From: a virus
Taxonomy: Duplodnaviria > Caudoviricetes
IMG/VR virus record: IMGVR_UViG_3300031555_003442
Location: 96,001-160,000 of that record
DNA: 64,000 bases
Direction: 5' to 3' (one strand)
Below, piece by piece: positions 55,270 to 63,871 of this stretch. Numbering within the stretch: the first letter of the stretch is position 1; each line of letters opens with the position of its first letter. Position numbers and translations under genes: made by a program. Under the pieces are notes generated by a model that did not search any database, was not told the DNA's origin, and saw only the letters and a list, made by a program, of their open reading frames with translations.

Positions 55270-56331
55270 ATGTCATATTCTAACCTTGACATCTTCATGA
55301 AGGAATACGAGAGCATCGAAGCGAAAAGAACCCTCGTCCCTGGCCTTCCCGTGTGCATCCGTCTTGACGGACGTGCTTTCCACAACGTGACCAAGAATTG
55401 CTTGCGTCCATTCGATGACGAGCTCCGAGAGGTCATGTGCCGTGTAACGACAGCACTCATGGAAGAATGCAATGCTGTAATCGGTTATACCCAGTCCGAT
55501 GAAATCACCCTCGTCCTGAAACCGATGGCCCATATCGGCGATTACTACTTCGGTGGTCGAATCCAGAAGATTTGCAGCATGCTTTCCGCTGTTGCAAGCG
55601 TGAAGTTCAACTACCTCGTGCATGATGTCGAGTTCACCAAGCTTGAACGTCGCATCGGAGGCCGCACTGCTTACTTCGATTGCCGTGCTTGGAACGTGCC
55701 GCACATGGACTTTGCCGCCCTCGTCCTCAGCTGGCGACAGGCAGACGCAATCAAGAACTCAATCAGCATGGTCGCACAGTCGTTGTATCCCCACAATGAA
55801 CTTCTCGGCAAGAACAGCGACGACAAGATGGATATGATTAAGAAGAAAGGATACGCCATGAAGTGGAATGCGAAGTCCTGGTCTGGCGAATGGTTCTTCG
55901 ACAAGGAAGCTATGAACATGCAGGGTGTCTTTATCGTCCGCAAGCTCATCACCCGTCAACTCACCATGGAAGAACTTGAAAATCTCCCGCCGATGCACAA
56001 GGCAAGACAGAACCCCGACATGACGTTCCTCCGTCACGCATATATCCGCTTTGCTGGTGTTATCCTCCGCAATATCACGAACCAGGCTGGATACCTGTTC
56101 AATGGCGAGGTTCCGCATTTCCGCCCGACAGAGGTTCCGACCGAGATTACGGCAACAGACAAGTTCTTTGAAGTTCTCCGCTTCTTGAAGACGGCCTCTC
56201 CCGAAAAGAGGAAGAAGGCAGAAGCTGAGCTCCGTAACGCAGGTATCTGGGATGCGCTCAAACTTGACGACTTCGCCAACCTTTTTGAAGCCAATGAACA
56301 AGAAACCAAGAAGAATGTGGAGGAACAGTAA
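55270..56331 (+). CDS. thg1: tRNA(His) guanylyltransferase / Thg1-like protein
   Basis: IRLDGRAFH, PFD, GYTQSDEI, FGGRIQK, FDCR and WRQADAIKNS. Confidence 0.92.
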   Translation: MSYSNLDIFMKEYESIEAKRTLVPGLPVCIRLDGRAFHNVTKNCLRPFDDELREVMCRVTTALMEECNAVIGYTQSDEITLVLKPMAHIGDYYFGGRIQKICSMLSAVASVKFNYLVHDVEFTKLERRIGGRTAYFDCRAWNVPHMDFAALVLSWRQADAIKNSISMVAQSLYPHNELLGKNSDDKMDMIKKKGYAMKWNAKSWSGEWFFDKEAMNMQGVFIVRKLITRQLTMEELENLPPMHKARQNPDMTFLRHAYIRFAGVILRNITNQAGYLFNGEVPHFRPTEVPTEITATDKFFEVLRFLKTASPEKRKKAEAELRNAGIWDALKLDDFANLFEANEQETKKNVEEQ

Positions 56332-56864
56332 TGGAAACCGCATACGATTCCGCCCCAGAAACCAACAAGCATCGTGACTTCGTTCGCATGCTGATGTATA
56401 GTGTTGCAAAGGACATCATGAACCAAGCTGATGACCTTCGCATCCTTATGTACACCACTGCAAAGGACATCATGAACAGGGCTGACCATCATGATGACTC
56501 CAAGTTGCTTCCTCCCGAGAAGGAATTGTTTGACGAGTACACGCCGAAGCTCAAAGGCTGTACCTATGGCTCACCAGAGTACAACGAGTTCTTAAAAGGT
56601 CTGAAACAGGCTCTTGAACATCACTATGCAGAAAACAGGCATCACCCCGAACATTTCTCCAACGGAGTGAACGGGATGAACCTTGTCGATATGATTGAGT
56701 TGATTTGCGACTGGTTCGCAGCAACGATGCGACATGATGATGGCGACATCGACAAGTCTCTTGAAATCAACAAGGGACGTTTCCACATGGATGACCAGAC
56801 GGTTGCACTCCTCAAGAATACGGTCGATACATATTTCCGCCAGTTCAAACACGAGGACTACTAG
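56331..56864 (+). CDS. DUF5662 (HD-like) family protein
   Basis: HDDSK, HHYAENRHHPEH and LVDMIELICDW. Confidence 0.8.
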   Translation: METAYDSAPETNKHRDFVRMLMYSVAKDIMNQADDLRILMYTTAKDIMNRADHHDDSKLLPPEKELFDEYTPKLKGCTYGSPEYNEFLKGLKQALEHHYAENRHHPEHFSNGVNGMNLVDMIELICDWFAATMRHDDGDIDKSLEINKGRFHMDDQTVALLKNTVDTYFRQFKHEDY

Positions 56865-57272
56865 GTGTTTACGTCATACTTTGCACAGGTGCCTAACATC
56901 GAGTATCCAGTGTCTATCGCCAGGATTAACCCCGAGTGGTACGACAGAGCGTCATACCCGAAGTTGGCCCCGTCAAAGGAACTCCTGTACGATTTCAAGT
57001 ACGGTTTCCACAGGGGAGACAAGGACTTCTATACCGACGTGTTTCTGAAATATCTCGACACGCTTGATTTCAAGGAAGTGATGTCGGAGCTTTCGGCGAT
57101 ATACGGCCCAGATGTCCTCGACCGTCTCACGCTTGTTTGCTACGAGAAGCCAAGCGAATTTTGTCATAGGCATCTCGTTGCAAACTGGCTGACTCAGCAT
57201 GGAGCCGACATCTCTGAACGTAAGTTTAATGAACTGCCAAGCATTATAGACGATGTTCTGGACTTAATGTAG
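56865..57272 (+). CDS. DUF488-like protein
   Basis: TSYFA, LAPSKEL and LVCYEKPSEFCHRHLVA. Confidence 0.8.
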   Translation: MFTSYFAQVPNIEYPVSIARINPEWYDRASYPKLAPSKELLYDFKYGFHRGDKDFYTDVFLKYLDTLDFKEVMSELSAIYGPDVLDRLTLVCYEKPSEFCHRHLVANWLTQHGADISERKFNELPSIIDDVLDLM

Positions 57273-57293
57273 AATAGTTACATAGCAAAGTAG

Positions 57294-57324
57294 AAAACCC
57301 ACGGTTAAATCCGTGGGCTTTTTA
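57294..57324. terminator. bidirectional intrinsic terminator
   Basis: CCCACGG-ttaaat-CCGTGGG with flanking A and T runs. Confidence 0.8.
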
Positions 57325-57372
57325 TTTGGCTATATCAACCAAAAGTTTTGCTACTATGAACAATCGCTGAAA

Positions 57373-58341
57373 TCAGTACCAACCTAAATCCTTTGGACTG
57401 ACATGCTTGTCGCCGACCGTCAGTTCAATCGGGCGGTTGTTCCGTTCAACCGTTTCCTTGCACTTGCGTTCGACACCCTTCCACTGTTCCTTCTTGATGG
57501 CGGCCCGTCGTGCTCCTTCTTTGTCGCCATACACTTCGGACAGCTTCGCCTGGGCATTAAGGTAAGCCAGGTTGCCCATCTTTCCTAGTCTGGCACACAT
57601 TCTGAGCAGGGAATCTTTCTGTTCAGTAATCTTCTCACCGTACGCAATCACGAGAGATTGTGTATTGACAAGGGTTTCTTCCAGGTACTTGATGTATGCA
57701 AGTGACACTCTATGATACTGTTTCTCTTCCTCTACGGATGAAGCGATATCATATTCACCACACCTATCTTCACCGTCGAAATGTGCCTTTATCTTGGCAA
57801 TGGCGGCATCGTACGCTTCACGGCTATTGATGTCATATTCATCGGTTTCACCCACTGGCATTACCTTACAATCTCCCTTGGAGATTGCCTCAACAACAGT
57901 GGTGATTTTCTCAATCAATGTATCAAGTTCAAAGTGGCCGGAAAATTTCCAAGTGTCAAACTGTTGTTCTGGATTCTTGGTGTTGTGAGCTTCCCAACAC
58001 AGATTATACTCATCGTTGCACCAGAAAATGTGACCAATGACTTCATCAGCAAGATAAATTACAACTCGGTCTTCCGCCTTGTTCAGTTCAAATTTCAACT
58101 TACTCATCGTGGCTTTCTTCGGTTCGGATATTTCGCCGCATAGGAGGCCTGTAAGATAAAGCCTTAGTGTAGCGTTCAACTGCCTGACGATTGATTCTGG
58201 TGAATACCAGTAGTTGGTATTTACCTGTTTATGGTCTAGCATCTTGACCACTTCCATCCTGGCGGTGTTTCCCTGTACACCGTGTTCGTGAAGACATTTC
58301 AGTACATCCTGAACCGATGTCATGCTGCATGTATTGCTCAT
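57373..58341 (-). CDS. hypothetical protein
   Basis: 322-aa ORF, GAGG RBS. Confidence 0.75.
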   Translation of the reverse strand: MSNTCSMTSVQDVLKCLHEHGVQGNTARMEVVKMLDHKQVNTNYWYSPESIVRQLNATLRLYLTGLLCGEISEPKKATMSKLKFELNKAEDRVVIYLADEVIGHIFWCNDEYNLCWEAHNTKNPEQQFDTWKFSGHFELDTLIEKITTVVEAISKGDCKVMPVGETDEYDINSREAYDAAIAKIKAHFDGEDRCGEYDIASSVEEEKQYHRVSLAYIKYLEETLVNTQSLVIAYGEKITEQKDSLLRMCARLGKMGNLAYLNAQAKLSEVYGDKEGARRAAIKKEQWKGVERKCKETVERNNRPIELTVGDKHVSPKDLGWY

Positions 58342-58426
58342 AAGATTCCTCTTGAATTATGTTATACCCATTAAATTACATTATTTTGCTTTATCGAACT
58401 ACTTTTACCCAAAATTCTAGTTAAAC

Positions 58427-58651
58427 CTAAAAAATAGTTTTGAAGATGATTAGTTTCATAGGGTCAGAAAGAAAACTATCGTCTTCTTTTTGCGGGTGCT
58501 TGGCACGTTCCTCATATTCTATCCGATGCTTTTCTTTTACGGATGCTCGCTGTTCGGGTGTCATACACAAATAGGCAGCAACGCCACTGCAAATCGCAAC
58601 GACAATTATTATACCAATCAGCATAAGTTGGTCTTTTAGGTCCTTATCCAT
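58427..58651 (-). CDS. small membrane protein
   Basis: N-terminal transmembrane helix. Confidence 0.65.
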   Translation of the reverse strand: MDKDLKDQLMLIGIIIVVAICSGVAAYLCMTPEQRASVKEKHRIEYEERAKHPQKEDDSFLSDPMKLIIFKTIF

Positions 58652-59346
58652 TTATATGTCCTCAATAATGCTTCAATCCGTTCCTTTACATCCGTCCACT
58701 TATCAGATATAGAAAGATAGTTCTTATTTTTCTCCGTAGCCAAATCGTTATGGTGCTGTAATCTTGCCATAGCACCATAGTAATTTTCAGCATACGTGGC
58801 TATTTGACGGGTTTTCCTCAGGCTGTCCTGTTTCATATTCCGCAATTGGTCATCTTGATACCTTATTACTTGCTTGTATGCCTCGGTATCGTGAAAAAGG
58901 GAGTCACGTTCCGAAATGAGACGGGCATTTTCTTCCTTCAATGCGGAAATCTCGGTATCTTTATTTGTCTTCAGTATATCCATAGCCACCAACTCGCCCT
59001 GCTTCTCTGCCAATGATGCTTCGAGTTGTTCAACTTTGTGTTCCAGATATGCTATATACTTCTCTTGCGACACTGGATGCTCTGTATCATACAGGTCAAC
59101 AAATTGGTTGGCACCAAGCCACGGGCTCTCGCTCGTTCCATCCAGTACGATTGCATCTACGGTCTCTTCGTGAGGATGCAGAATATATCCTTCACCATAG
59201 GGCTCAATCGTACACACGTTTACCCCAAGATGTAGGTCGTCAACGGACAACTTGTTATCCGTCAATGTGAAGGTGTACCTATCGTTATACCCTTCTTCGA
59301 ACGCTAGCCGTAAGCTAGATTCAATAGCGTCTAATGACCATTCCAT
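58636..59346 (-). CDS. coiled-coil hypothetical protein
   Basis: GGAG RBS; YIAYLEH segment resembles YIKYLEE of 57373-58341. Confidence 0.7.
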   Translation of the reverse strand: MEWSLDAIESSLRLAFEEGYNDRYTFTLTDNKLSVDDLHLGVNVCTIEPYGEGYILHPHEETVDAIVLDGTSESPWLGANQFVDLYDTEHPVSQEKYIAYLEHKVEQLEASLAEKQGELVAMDILKTNKDTEISALKEENARLISERDSLFHDTEAYKQVIRYQDDQLRNMKQDSLRKTRQIATYAENYYGAMARLQHHNDLATEKNKNYLSISDKWTDVKERIEALLRTYKWIRT

Positions 59347-59555
59347 CACGTTGACTCCACTTTTATCGTTCCGTTGAACCCCATCTCACGGATGTCTTTT
59401 TCAAGTTGATTTGCAGACATCCAGAAGTTTCTTGTATAGCCACGACCGAGAACATAGGCGTAGAAACGGTCACAGTCTTTTGCAATATGAATTTCGTCAT
59501 CATACTTTTGTGCGTTTTCAATCACTTCAATCAGTAGAATCGGTTGCGACATCAT
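59346..59555 (-). CDS. hypothetical protein
   Basis: GAGG RBS. Confidence 0.6.
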   Translation of the reverse strand: MMSQPILLIEVIENAQKYDDEIHIAKDCDRFYAYVLGRGYTRNFWMSANQLEKDIREMGFNGTIKVEST

Positions 59556-59603
59556 CTTTTAATCCTCTTTGATATCCGTTCGGGGTTGTGGTCGGGATGG
59601 TTA

Positions 59604-60209
59604 CTAGGCAATGTTAACTGTTAGCGATGCCATAGTCTCATTAGAACGAGGGTCAACATAGGCAACAACTGCCGTCTTCGTTCCGTTTAGGTTAGCATCA
59701 CGCACAACCTTGATGACTCCATTTATCATGCCGCACCTATCCTCCGCATCGCTCGGTGCGAACCAGTCCTGACAAGGAAGCGTCTTCAATTCTTCCTCGG
59801 TGTCTGTACCGATGTAGACAACGTTGCCACAATACTTACACTGCTTTTGAAGCTCGGAGGAAGCGTAGCCCAACTTATACACCACATACAGGGGATGGTT
59901 CTCCTTACACACGTAAGGCACAATTTTGTCAAACCTCGCATCAAAATTATCGTCGTCAGGGTCGGGTGTCGTTTTCGGAAAATATCCCCACATTCCGTTC
60001 TCTTCGCACTGTTCATATCCCAGCTTCTTCAGGATATACTCGCAGCCTGCTGTGAACACATCGGGTACTTCTACCGCCAGATGCTCCATTCCGTCACTGC
60101 CTTCCACCAGACACTCTTCCTCACGGAGAATACGCTGGATTTCCTGGCGGCTCGGAATGAAATTGTCATCAAGTTCATTTGGAAATTGCGGATTTAATGA
60201 GTCACTCAT
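59604..60209 (-). CDS. hypothetical protein
   Basis: AAGGAG RBS before ATG 60209. Confidence 0.7.
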   Translation of the reverse strand: MSDSLNPQFPNELDDNFIPSRQEIQRILREEECLVEGSDGMEHLAVEVPDVFTAGCEYILKKLGYEQCEENGMWGYFPKTTPDPDDDNFDARFDKIVPYVCKENHPLYVVYKLGYASSELQKQCKYCGNVVYIGTDTEEELKTLPCQDWFAPSDAEDRCGMINGVIKVVRDANLNGTKTAVVAYVDPRSNETMASLTVNIA

Positions 60210-60284
60210 AGTTATCTCCTTGTCAAATTTGTTCATCAACATAAAAATACATTTTTCAGTAGGCTATGTCCACCCAATGTGTTG

Positions 60285-60473
60285 CTAGTTGGAGTTAGCA
60301 GACCACCAGGCATCTTGCATTTCACTCAAATCATCCCGAATTTCTAACAACTGTTCATAATAATACTGATATTTGGCGTCAGCTACATCTTCATTGAGTT
60401 CAGCTCGTTGTTCAATATAACGTGCAAACTCAATCAGCTTATTAGACATTTCTTTAATTTTTTCTTTTGTCAT
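60285..60473 (-). CDS. hypothetical protein
   Basis: GAGGAG RBS. Confidence 0.6.
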   Translation of the reverse strand: MTKEKIKEMSNKLIEFARYIEQRAELNEDVADAKYQYYYEQLLEIRDDLSEMQDAWWSANSN

Positions 60474-60549
60474 ATCTACTCCTCTGGTGTAGTTTTAGCC
60501 ATTTTTGGGCGTTTTATAGGACAGTAACACTTTGGGTGGACGTAGCCTT

Positions 60550-61329
60550 CTATAATATGCCTTGATTTAGTCTATCATTCTCAGCTAACATCTGGGCAAC
60601 AGCACAATGCTTTAATGCCCACTCCCTTTCCTTCTTGGTTATCCGTCGCTTAGGAAGGTAGGACATTGTCGTTTCGTCCAACCCTAATGCTTTCGCCGCA
60701 TCGCTATATAGGTGGTGGTAGGCATAGCGTGAGATGTATATGTACCAGTTTGTCGTGACAGGCAGTTTTGTCATATGCGTGGTATGACCGTTAATCTTGA
60801 CTACTGTACTGGTTACATCATTATCTTTTTTCCCGTCGATGTAAGTTTTGACTCTCTTCTGGGATACAGTGTATTCATAATGCCCGCTCATGTTGCCGCC
60901 TTGACCCCAGTAGTCGATTGCCTTCAAGTCCCCGTTTTGGTGGTAAGTGAACCCGAAAAACTCGTACCAGTCGCCGTCGTATGCTTCACCAAGACGGTTC
61001 CACACGTACTTAGGACGGTTGCTATCACCATCATACTCTATGATGAACAGCCTATTTCCGTTTATTCCTTTTTTTACTCGGCATCCGCCCTCTGAATCAT
61101 ACAGGTATGTGTCGGAATAACGGTCTGGTCTAATCTTATCATGCCATTGCCATTCGTTGACTTTTCTGTGGTAGGCGCTCGTACAGCGTCCAAGTGAATC
61201 CTTTTCGATGAACAGGTCGCTATATACCGCTCCTAGAATGCCACGCATACCATCACCGTAGTATTCACCGTGATGGTTATGCGAGAAATCAGGCGGATTT
61301 AGTTCAGGAGAGCGGATTTCTTTGCTCAT
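60550..61329 (-). CDS. hypothetical protein
   Basis: GAGGAG RBS. Confidence 0.7.
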   Translation of the reverse strand: MSKEIRSPELNPPDFSHNHHGEYYGDGMRGILGAVYSDLFIEKDSLGRCTSAYHRKVNEWQWHDKIRPDRYSDTYLYDSEGGCRVKKGINGNRLFIIEYDGDSNRPKYVWNRLGEAYDGDWYEFFGFTYHQNGDLKAIDYWGQGGNMSGHYEYTVSQKRVKTYIDGKKDNDVTSTVVKINGHTTHMTKLPVTTNWYIYISRYAYHHLYSDAAKALGLDETTMSYLPKRRITKKEREWALKHCAVAQMLAENDRLNQGIL

Positions 61330-61338
61330 GGCATCTCC

Positions 61339-61710
61339 TCATCGTTTTGATTGCTTGACTCGATTCAGCAGTGCGGGAAGGCCACCCATGACGGGGATTC
61401 CAGTTCCGCCTAATCCGAGGTAGACGTATTTCATTTTGCCGTCATATTCCTTGCGAATCAGTGCGATGGGATGGATTCCCTGCGGGTTGCAATAGAACAC
61501 CCTTGCGAACTGTACTGAACCGCTCATTACCATCGTGTTCGCAAACTTGATTGCATCGTCGGCCTTCGTAAAGTATAGGGCCTTGTGGCCTTCCATAACG
61601 AACTGGGTCTTTTCTTCCGTCGTTTCCTTTCCGACGAACCCGTTTTTCGTGTTGATGTAGTAGGTTCTCAACTTGTCCAGGTCTGCTGCCTTAATTTCGT
61701 TCGGGTTCAT
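61339..61710 (-). CDS. hypothetical protein
   Basis: GAGGGG RBS. Confidence 0.7.
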   Translation of the reverse strand: MNPNEIKAADLDKLRTYYINTKNGFVGKETTEEKTQFVMEGHKALYFTKADDAIKFANTMVMSGSVQFARVFYCNPQGIHPIALIRKEYDGKMKYVYLGLGGTGIPVMGGLPALLNRVKQSKR

Positions 61711-61711
61711 A

Positions 61712-61981
61712 CTACCCCTCGTAATTCATCATTAGATACTGGATTAGGTCTTCAAATGACCAGTAGAACGTAACATCCTGCGGTTTTGCAGAATAGTCGT
61801 GCTTTACGACCTCGTAGCTGTCTTCGCTGTGCGGATAGACAAGAATCCACAAGTCATTGTAGAGAAGCACCTTGATATACGCACCGTTTACCGAGTTCGA
61901 GTGGTATTCGAACGTGAAATCCGTCGGGTACAGTTTGTCGAATAGCCGTTTAAGGCTGCAATCGTTACTTTCGTTAGCCAT
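61712..61981 (-). CDS. hypothetical protein
   Basis: GAGG RBS after promoter. Confidence 0.65.
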   Translation of the reverse strand: MANESNDCSLKRLFDKLYPTDFTFEYHSNSVNGAYIKVLLYNDLWILVYPHSEDSYEVVKHDYSAKPQDVTFYWSFEDLIQYLMMNYEG

Positions 61982-62002
61982 TTCGCACCTCTTTTTGGTA
62001 AA

Positions 62003-62031
62003 AATATAGCATAAAATCCAATTCCTGTCAA
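62003..62031 (-). promoter_or_regulatory. sigma70-type (early) promoter
   Basis: TTGACA-N17-TATATT. Confidence 0.75.
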
Positions 62032-62067
62032 CTCTGGTAAAAATAACGCTTATTTTGCCAAATTCCC

Positions 62068-62096
62068 TTGACGATACTTAGATAAATATGTATATT
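62068..62096 (+). promoter_or_regulatory. sigma70-type (early) promoter
   Basis: TTGACG-N17-TATATT. Confidence 0.7.
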
Positions 62097-62133
62097 TCTA
62101 TCGTCAAACCAAACAATAAATGGAGGATTCCTC

Positions 62134-62247
62134 ATGAAAAAGAAAATAATTGCCGCACTCATCTACATCGCAACTGCAGTCGTTGTCGTATTAATTGAAC
62201 GTAAGGCAAAAAACTTTGTTGTCGAAGTCTGTTCTGAAAAGGATTAA
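62134..62247 (+). CDS. 37-aa membrane peptide, not in ORF track
   Basis: GGAGG RBS; MKKKIIAALIYIATAVVVVLIERKAKNFVVEVCSEKD*. Confidence 0.6.
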   Translation: MKKKIIAALIYIATAVVVVLIERKAKNFVVEVCSEKD

Positions 62248-62267
62248 AATACACGAACTATAATCAA

Positions 62268-63563
62268 CTATGCAAAAGTGTATATAGAATAGCACTTTTT
62301 GATATAGTTCTTGCTGAAGACTGCGTTCTGGACATAGTCCCTAAGCAGGAAGCGGTATTTCAGTCCCGTTTCTTTGATTTTTGAGAATAGTGCTTTCCAG
62401 TCATCCACCGAACCGAGTGTTTGCTTCCATTGCTCATCTCGAAACTGTACATTGAATCTTGGATAGAACCATCCCTTATAGAATTTCTTGTATGCTCTGC
62501 GAGCAATCTCTATGCTGGCAGCAACCATATCTGGCGTAGTCTCGTTGCCGTATGAGAAGTTGCCCACGATTGACGAATATGCCGGGTTTACCTCGACCAA
62601 TTCATACTTATGCAGGTTGGCAAGCATCTTCAGCTTGTTCACAAACAACCGTCGTTCCCATTTGTTGTTGCACAGCTTATTGAGCTTCTTGCCTTTCTTC
62701 ATGTCCTTCGGCTTGATTGTCAGGTCCTCGATAGCAACAGTCTTGCACTTCCATACATCCACCAGCTTGCTTATTTCATGCGCTATCGCAAGAGTCTCGT
62801 GCCTTAACTTGTTCGTAATGTACTTGGAACTGGAATCTGTGCTTGATTTTCCCGAAGAAATCGTCAGTTTGCACAAATCGAATACCTGCTTGTGCAGTAC
62901 CTTGAAGTCGTCATTCTTATTGAACTCTATCACGGACACCCCGATATAATTCGGGTTCATGTCTATTCCCAATACACGTCTGGTTTGCAATGCTTTGTAC
63001 TCGGCATCGTAGATAAGACTCTCTTCGTATGTAAGCCACACATATTTGTCGGACATCTTGACGGTAACGGTTATCTTGTTATTTTCCGCAAGTTCCTGCA
63101 CCTTGGAAAGTTCAGCGGAAATCTTCTTCCTCATCGGAAGGAACTTGATTTCTACGTGCCTTTCTTTATTCGGCTTGTATATAAGCCGTTGATTGTCGAG
63201 GTCGAACGAGAACAATCGGTTTCCCTTGCGTAGTTTCTCGCCCTGGATTCCGATAGGGAACGTACGGCGATACTTGAACGTTGCCTTGTCTATCAAGCCA
63301 CGCATATACTGCCGTAGGTTGTTCTTTCCACCAAACAGGATATGCTTGTTACCATTCAGCTTGTACAGTGCTGCCGCTTCCTTTATAGCGGATTGGATGA
63401 ACCCGCTGTTGTGGTCGAATCTTGCATTGCAGTAGGCACGGACTTCCTTCTCTTCCAGTCCGTCTTGGAAACGGTTAAAAGCAACTCGGACGATACTGCT
63501 GAACATCCGCATGTCATTCAGTACATCCACCTCGTTGCATATCGTAAGTTTAACCGTCTTCAT
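62268..63563 (-). CDS. TnpB-related RuvC nuclease (IS200/IS605 accessory TnpB-like), no Zn finger
   Basis: RuvC-I VLGIDMNP, RuvC-II AIEDL, VNPAYSS and RuvC-III PDMVAASIEIARR. Confidence 0.85.
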   Translation of the reverse strand: MKTVKLTICNEVDVLNDMRMFSSIVRVAFNRFQDGLEEKEVRAYCNARFDHNSGFIQSAIKEAAALYKLNGNKHILFGGKNNLRQYMRGLIDKATFKYRRTFPIGIQGEKLRKGNRLFSFDLDNQRLIYKPNKERHVEIKFLPMRKKISAELSKVQELAENNKITVTVKMSDKYVWLTYEESLIYDAEYKALQTRRVLGIDMNPNYIGVSVIEFNKNDDFKVLHKQVFDLCKLTISSGKSSTDSSSKYITNKLRHETLAIAHEISKLVDVWKCKTVAIEDLTIKPKDMKKGKKLNKLCNNKWERRLFVNKLKMLANLHKYELVEVNPAYSSIVGNFSYGNETTPDMVAASIEIARRAYKKFYKGWFYPRFNVQFRDEQWKQTLGSVDDWKALFSKIKETGLKYRFLLRDYVQNAVFSKNYIKKCYSIYTFA

Positions 63564-63662
63564 AATCAAAAATCCTATTCAGAAGGTCGAGTTCCGAATA
63601 GGATAGAGCAGCATTGCTGCCGTCAAAAATCTATTAATGTAAGGAATCTCGACCATTCCCTA
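63564..63662 (-). ncRNA. putative structured RNA / leader with kissing loops
   Basis: Three hairpins; loops GGUCGAG and CUCGACC are exact reverse complements. Confidence 0.6.
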
Positions 63663-63667
63663 TCATA

Positions 63668-63675
63668 AGTTTATA
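63668..63675 (-). promoter_or_regulatory. putative late promoter box TATAAACT
   Basis: Immediately upstream of the structured RNA. Confidence 0.6.
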
Positions 63676-63724
63676 TATTTATAACTACAAATCATAAACC
63701 GTTTGCTGTTTTTTTGTTATTTTC

Positions 63725-63753
63725 TTGACAAACTACGGAAACTATACTATATT
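63725..63753 (+). promoter_or_regulatory. sigma70-type (early) promoter
   Basis: TTGACA-N17-TATATT. Confidence 0.75.
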
Positions 63754-63790
63754 TGTTAATAGAATTCAATAATTTTCTATAAAATCGAGT

Positions 63791-63843
63791 TAACATTTTT
63801 CTGATTCTAACATTTCGAAATGTTAATATCAAGAAAAATGTTA
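63791..63843. repeat. nested inverted repeat built from four TAACATTT boxes
   Basis: Outer arms TAACATTTTTCT / AGAAAAATGTTA; inner perfect palindrome TAACATTTCGAAATGTTA. Confidence 0.75.
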
Positions 63844-63871
63844 GTAAACGAAAATTTACGTTTGGTGTTTT

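Noticed and set aside
56383-56490. Diversity-generating retroelement TR/VR pair
   Set aside because: Copies are adjacent and in frame, differences are not adenine-specific, and no reverse transcriptase is present in the window
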